From the NCBI RefSeq assembly GCF_963921235.1, contig NC_086097.1, positions 161,078,001-161,142,000 on the forward strand: 64,000 nt of DNA, written 5' to 3'. The stretch is from Mobula hypostoma. Taxonomy: Eukaryota. Positions within the stretch are counted from its first letter, which is position 1. Each line of letters opens with the position of its first letter. Below, in pieces: positions 62,471 to 64,000 of this stretch. A program made the position numbers and the translations under genes. Below the pieces are notes generated by a model. That model worked only from the letters and a program-made list of their open reading frames with translations. It searched no databases and was not told the origin of the DNA.

Positions 62471-64000
62471 GTCCAAGCACCAACTGTTCAGATTTTGTGC
62501 GTGTTGCTCAAGAGTTCCAGCATCTGGAGAACCTCTTGTACTTATGAGATAGATGGTGACTTCAAGAGTCCATCTTAATGTACTTGAGAATTATTCAATA
62601 GTTTTATAAAAGCAAGGTAATAAGCTGTCCTTCCCCCCCGCCCCCCCCGGTGGCACGTGCTTTCAGGCTTGTGCATCTTCTGCCAATGAACTGTGTCCAC
62701 AATTCTTTATAGTTCTTGCCCGCAGTCTCATGCAGAGAATTGGCCATACCAAGTCATTATGCATCCAGATAAGATGCTTTCTACAGTGCACTGATAAAAA
62801 TTGGTAAGGGTCAATGGGAACATGCCAAAATATCTTTAGCCTCCTGAGGAAATAGAGATTTTAGTGAGGTTATGGGACTTCCTCCATTTCCCCAGAGACT
62901 TGAACATGGAACTTAGGCCAGTACTTCTGAGGAGGTGCAGGCAGTGCTGTCTTCAATATGGAATAATGATACCTGATGTGAAGGATAGTCCAAGACCTTC
63001 ATTTAGAAAGGCACAAATTAATCAAGAACATTCAGCAAGAACACGTTAAACAAAGACTTTGTTTGACAACCTGATTATGTTTTTTGAGGATACAGCAAGA
63101 AAGGTTGATTGGGACAAGATTTCTAATGGCAGACAAGTCAAGAAAGGAGAAGCTCATGCAATCAAATGGAGAGTAGCAAATTTCATCCAAAAGAGGCTTA
63201 GTGGGAAAAAGCAAAGGATAATACAAGAACACAAGAAAGCAGGAGAAGGAATCAGCCACCATCCTGCCTCACATATATGATCATGGCTGACTGATACTGA
63301 CTTCAAGTTCTTTTCTGTGCCAATTACCCATAATCCTTAAATCTGTTACTTTTATCTTCATTACTATATCCTTTTCTAAGGTAAGAAAAACAAAACCTGA
63401 AAGCAATGTTCCAGGTGTGACCTAGTCATCATTTTGTACACTAAGGAACCTCCCAATTCTCAAGCTTTATAAAAGCTAAATGGTATTTGTATTCTTAACT
63501 CTTAATTGGACCTGCTTGCTAACTTTTTTGGAGTTCATGCACTAGATCCCGATGAACTTCACGCATTTGTAACAGTTAGATATTAATCCACCTTCTGATC
63601 CCCCTTACTGAAGTGCATGACCTTACACCAACCCACATTAAACTTTATCTACCATGCTTTTTCCCAGTCACTCTCCAAAGTAATTATCATTTTCCCTTTG
63701 TTCTCAGTATTATTTATGTATTTATCTATAAACCTATTTCTTCTTATTATTATTATTCATTTATTTGCACAATTTGACTTCTTTTGCACATTGGCTGTTT
63801 GCCAATCTTTCTTTGTGTGTAGTCTTTCATTGATTCTATTGTACTTCTTTGTTCTACTGTGAATGCCTGCAAGAAAATGAATCTCAAGATAGCATATGAT
63901 GACATATGATAAAATTTTCTGTTACTCTTCCAACATTTAACTGGTTTTGAAAATTTTCAGTCAAGTTGGTCCAGCATCTCCTCACTCATCCTCCACTAAA

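Noticed and set aside
1..64000. Prokaryotic systems (retron, group II intron, DGR, CRISPR) suggested by the many RT ORFs
   Set aside because: All RT motifs are eukaryotic non-LTR or LTR types in pseudogenised, nested copies. There is no operon structure and no repeat-spacer array.

Overview
This is eukaryotic, repeat-dominated vertebrate DNA. The repeat content (abundant CR1 LINEs, HE1/V-type SINEs, Penelope remnants, Rex1/Babar, Tc1/mariner) points to a cartilaginous fish, probably a ray; this is inference. There are no prokaryotic operons, and most ORFs in the track are transposon fragments or their antisense shadows. Main items: (1) A 2.1-kb non-autonomous Ty3/Gypsy LTR element at 2203-4314 (minus strand) with TSD CATAT, a PBS and a PPT. 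Its RT-RNaseH-integrase core is missing, and about 62 in-frame codons in its place closely resemble the C-terminal coiled coil of host SH3KBP1/CIN85. (2) A 14-kb nest at 22698-36664 bounded by Gypsy LTRs with TSD GAAAG. It holds four CR1s, an RTE fragment, a Penelope fragment and an internal inversion/duplication of pol. (3) Minimal hammerhead-ribozyme motifs in several Penelope remnants. (4) A mariner-derived MITE present as a 330-bp unit and as a 615-bp inverted dimer. (5) A few splice-site-bounded minus-strand candidate exons of an unidentified host transcript (low confidence). All similarities to known families come from motif recognition and memory; no searches were run. Boundaries without a stated TSD are approximate.
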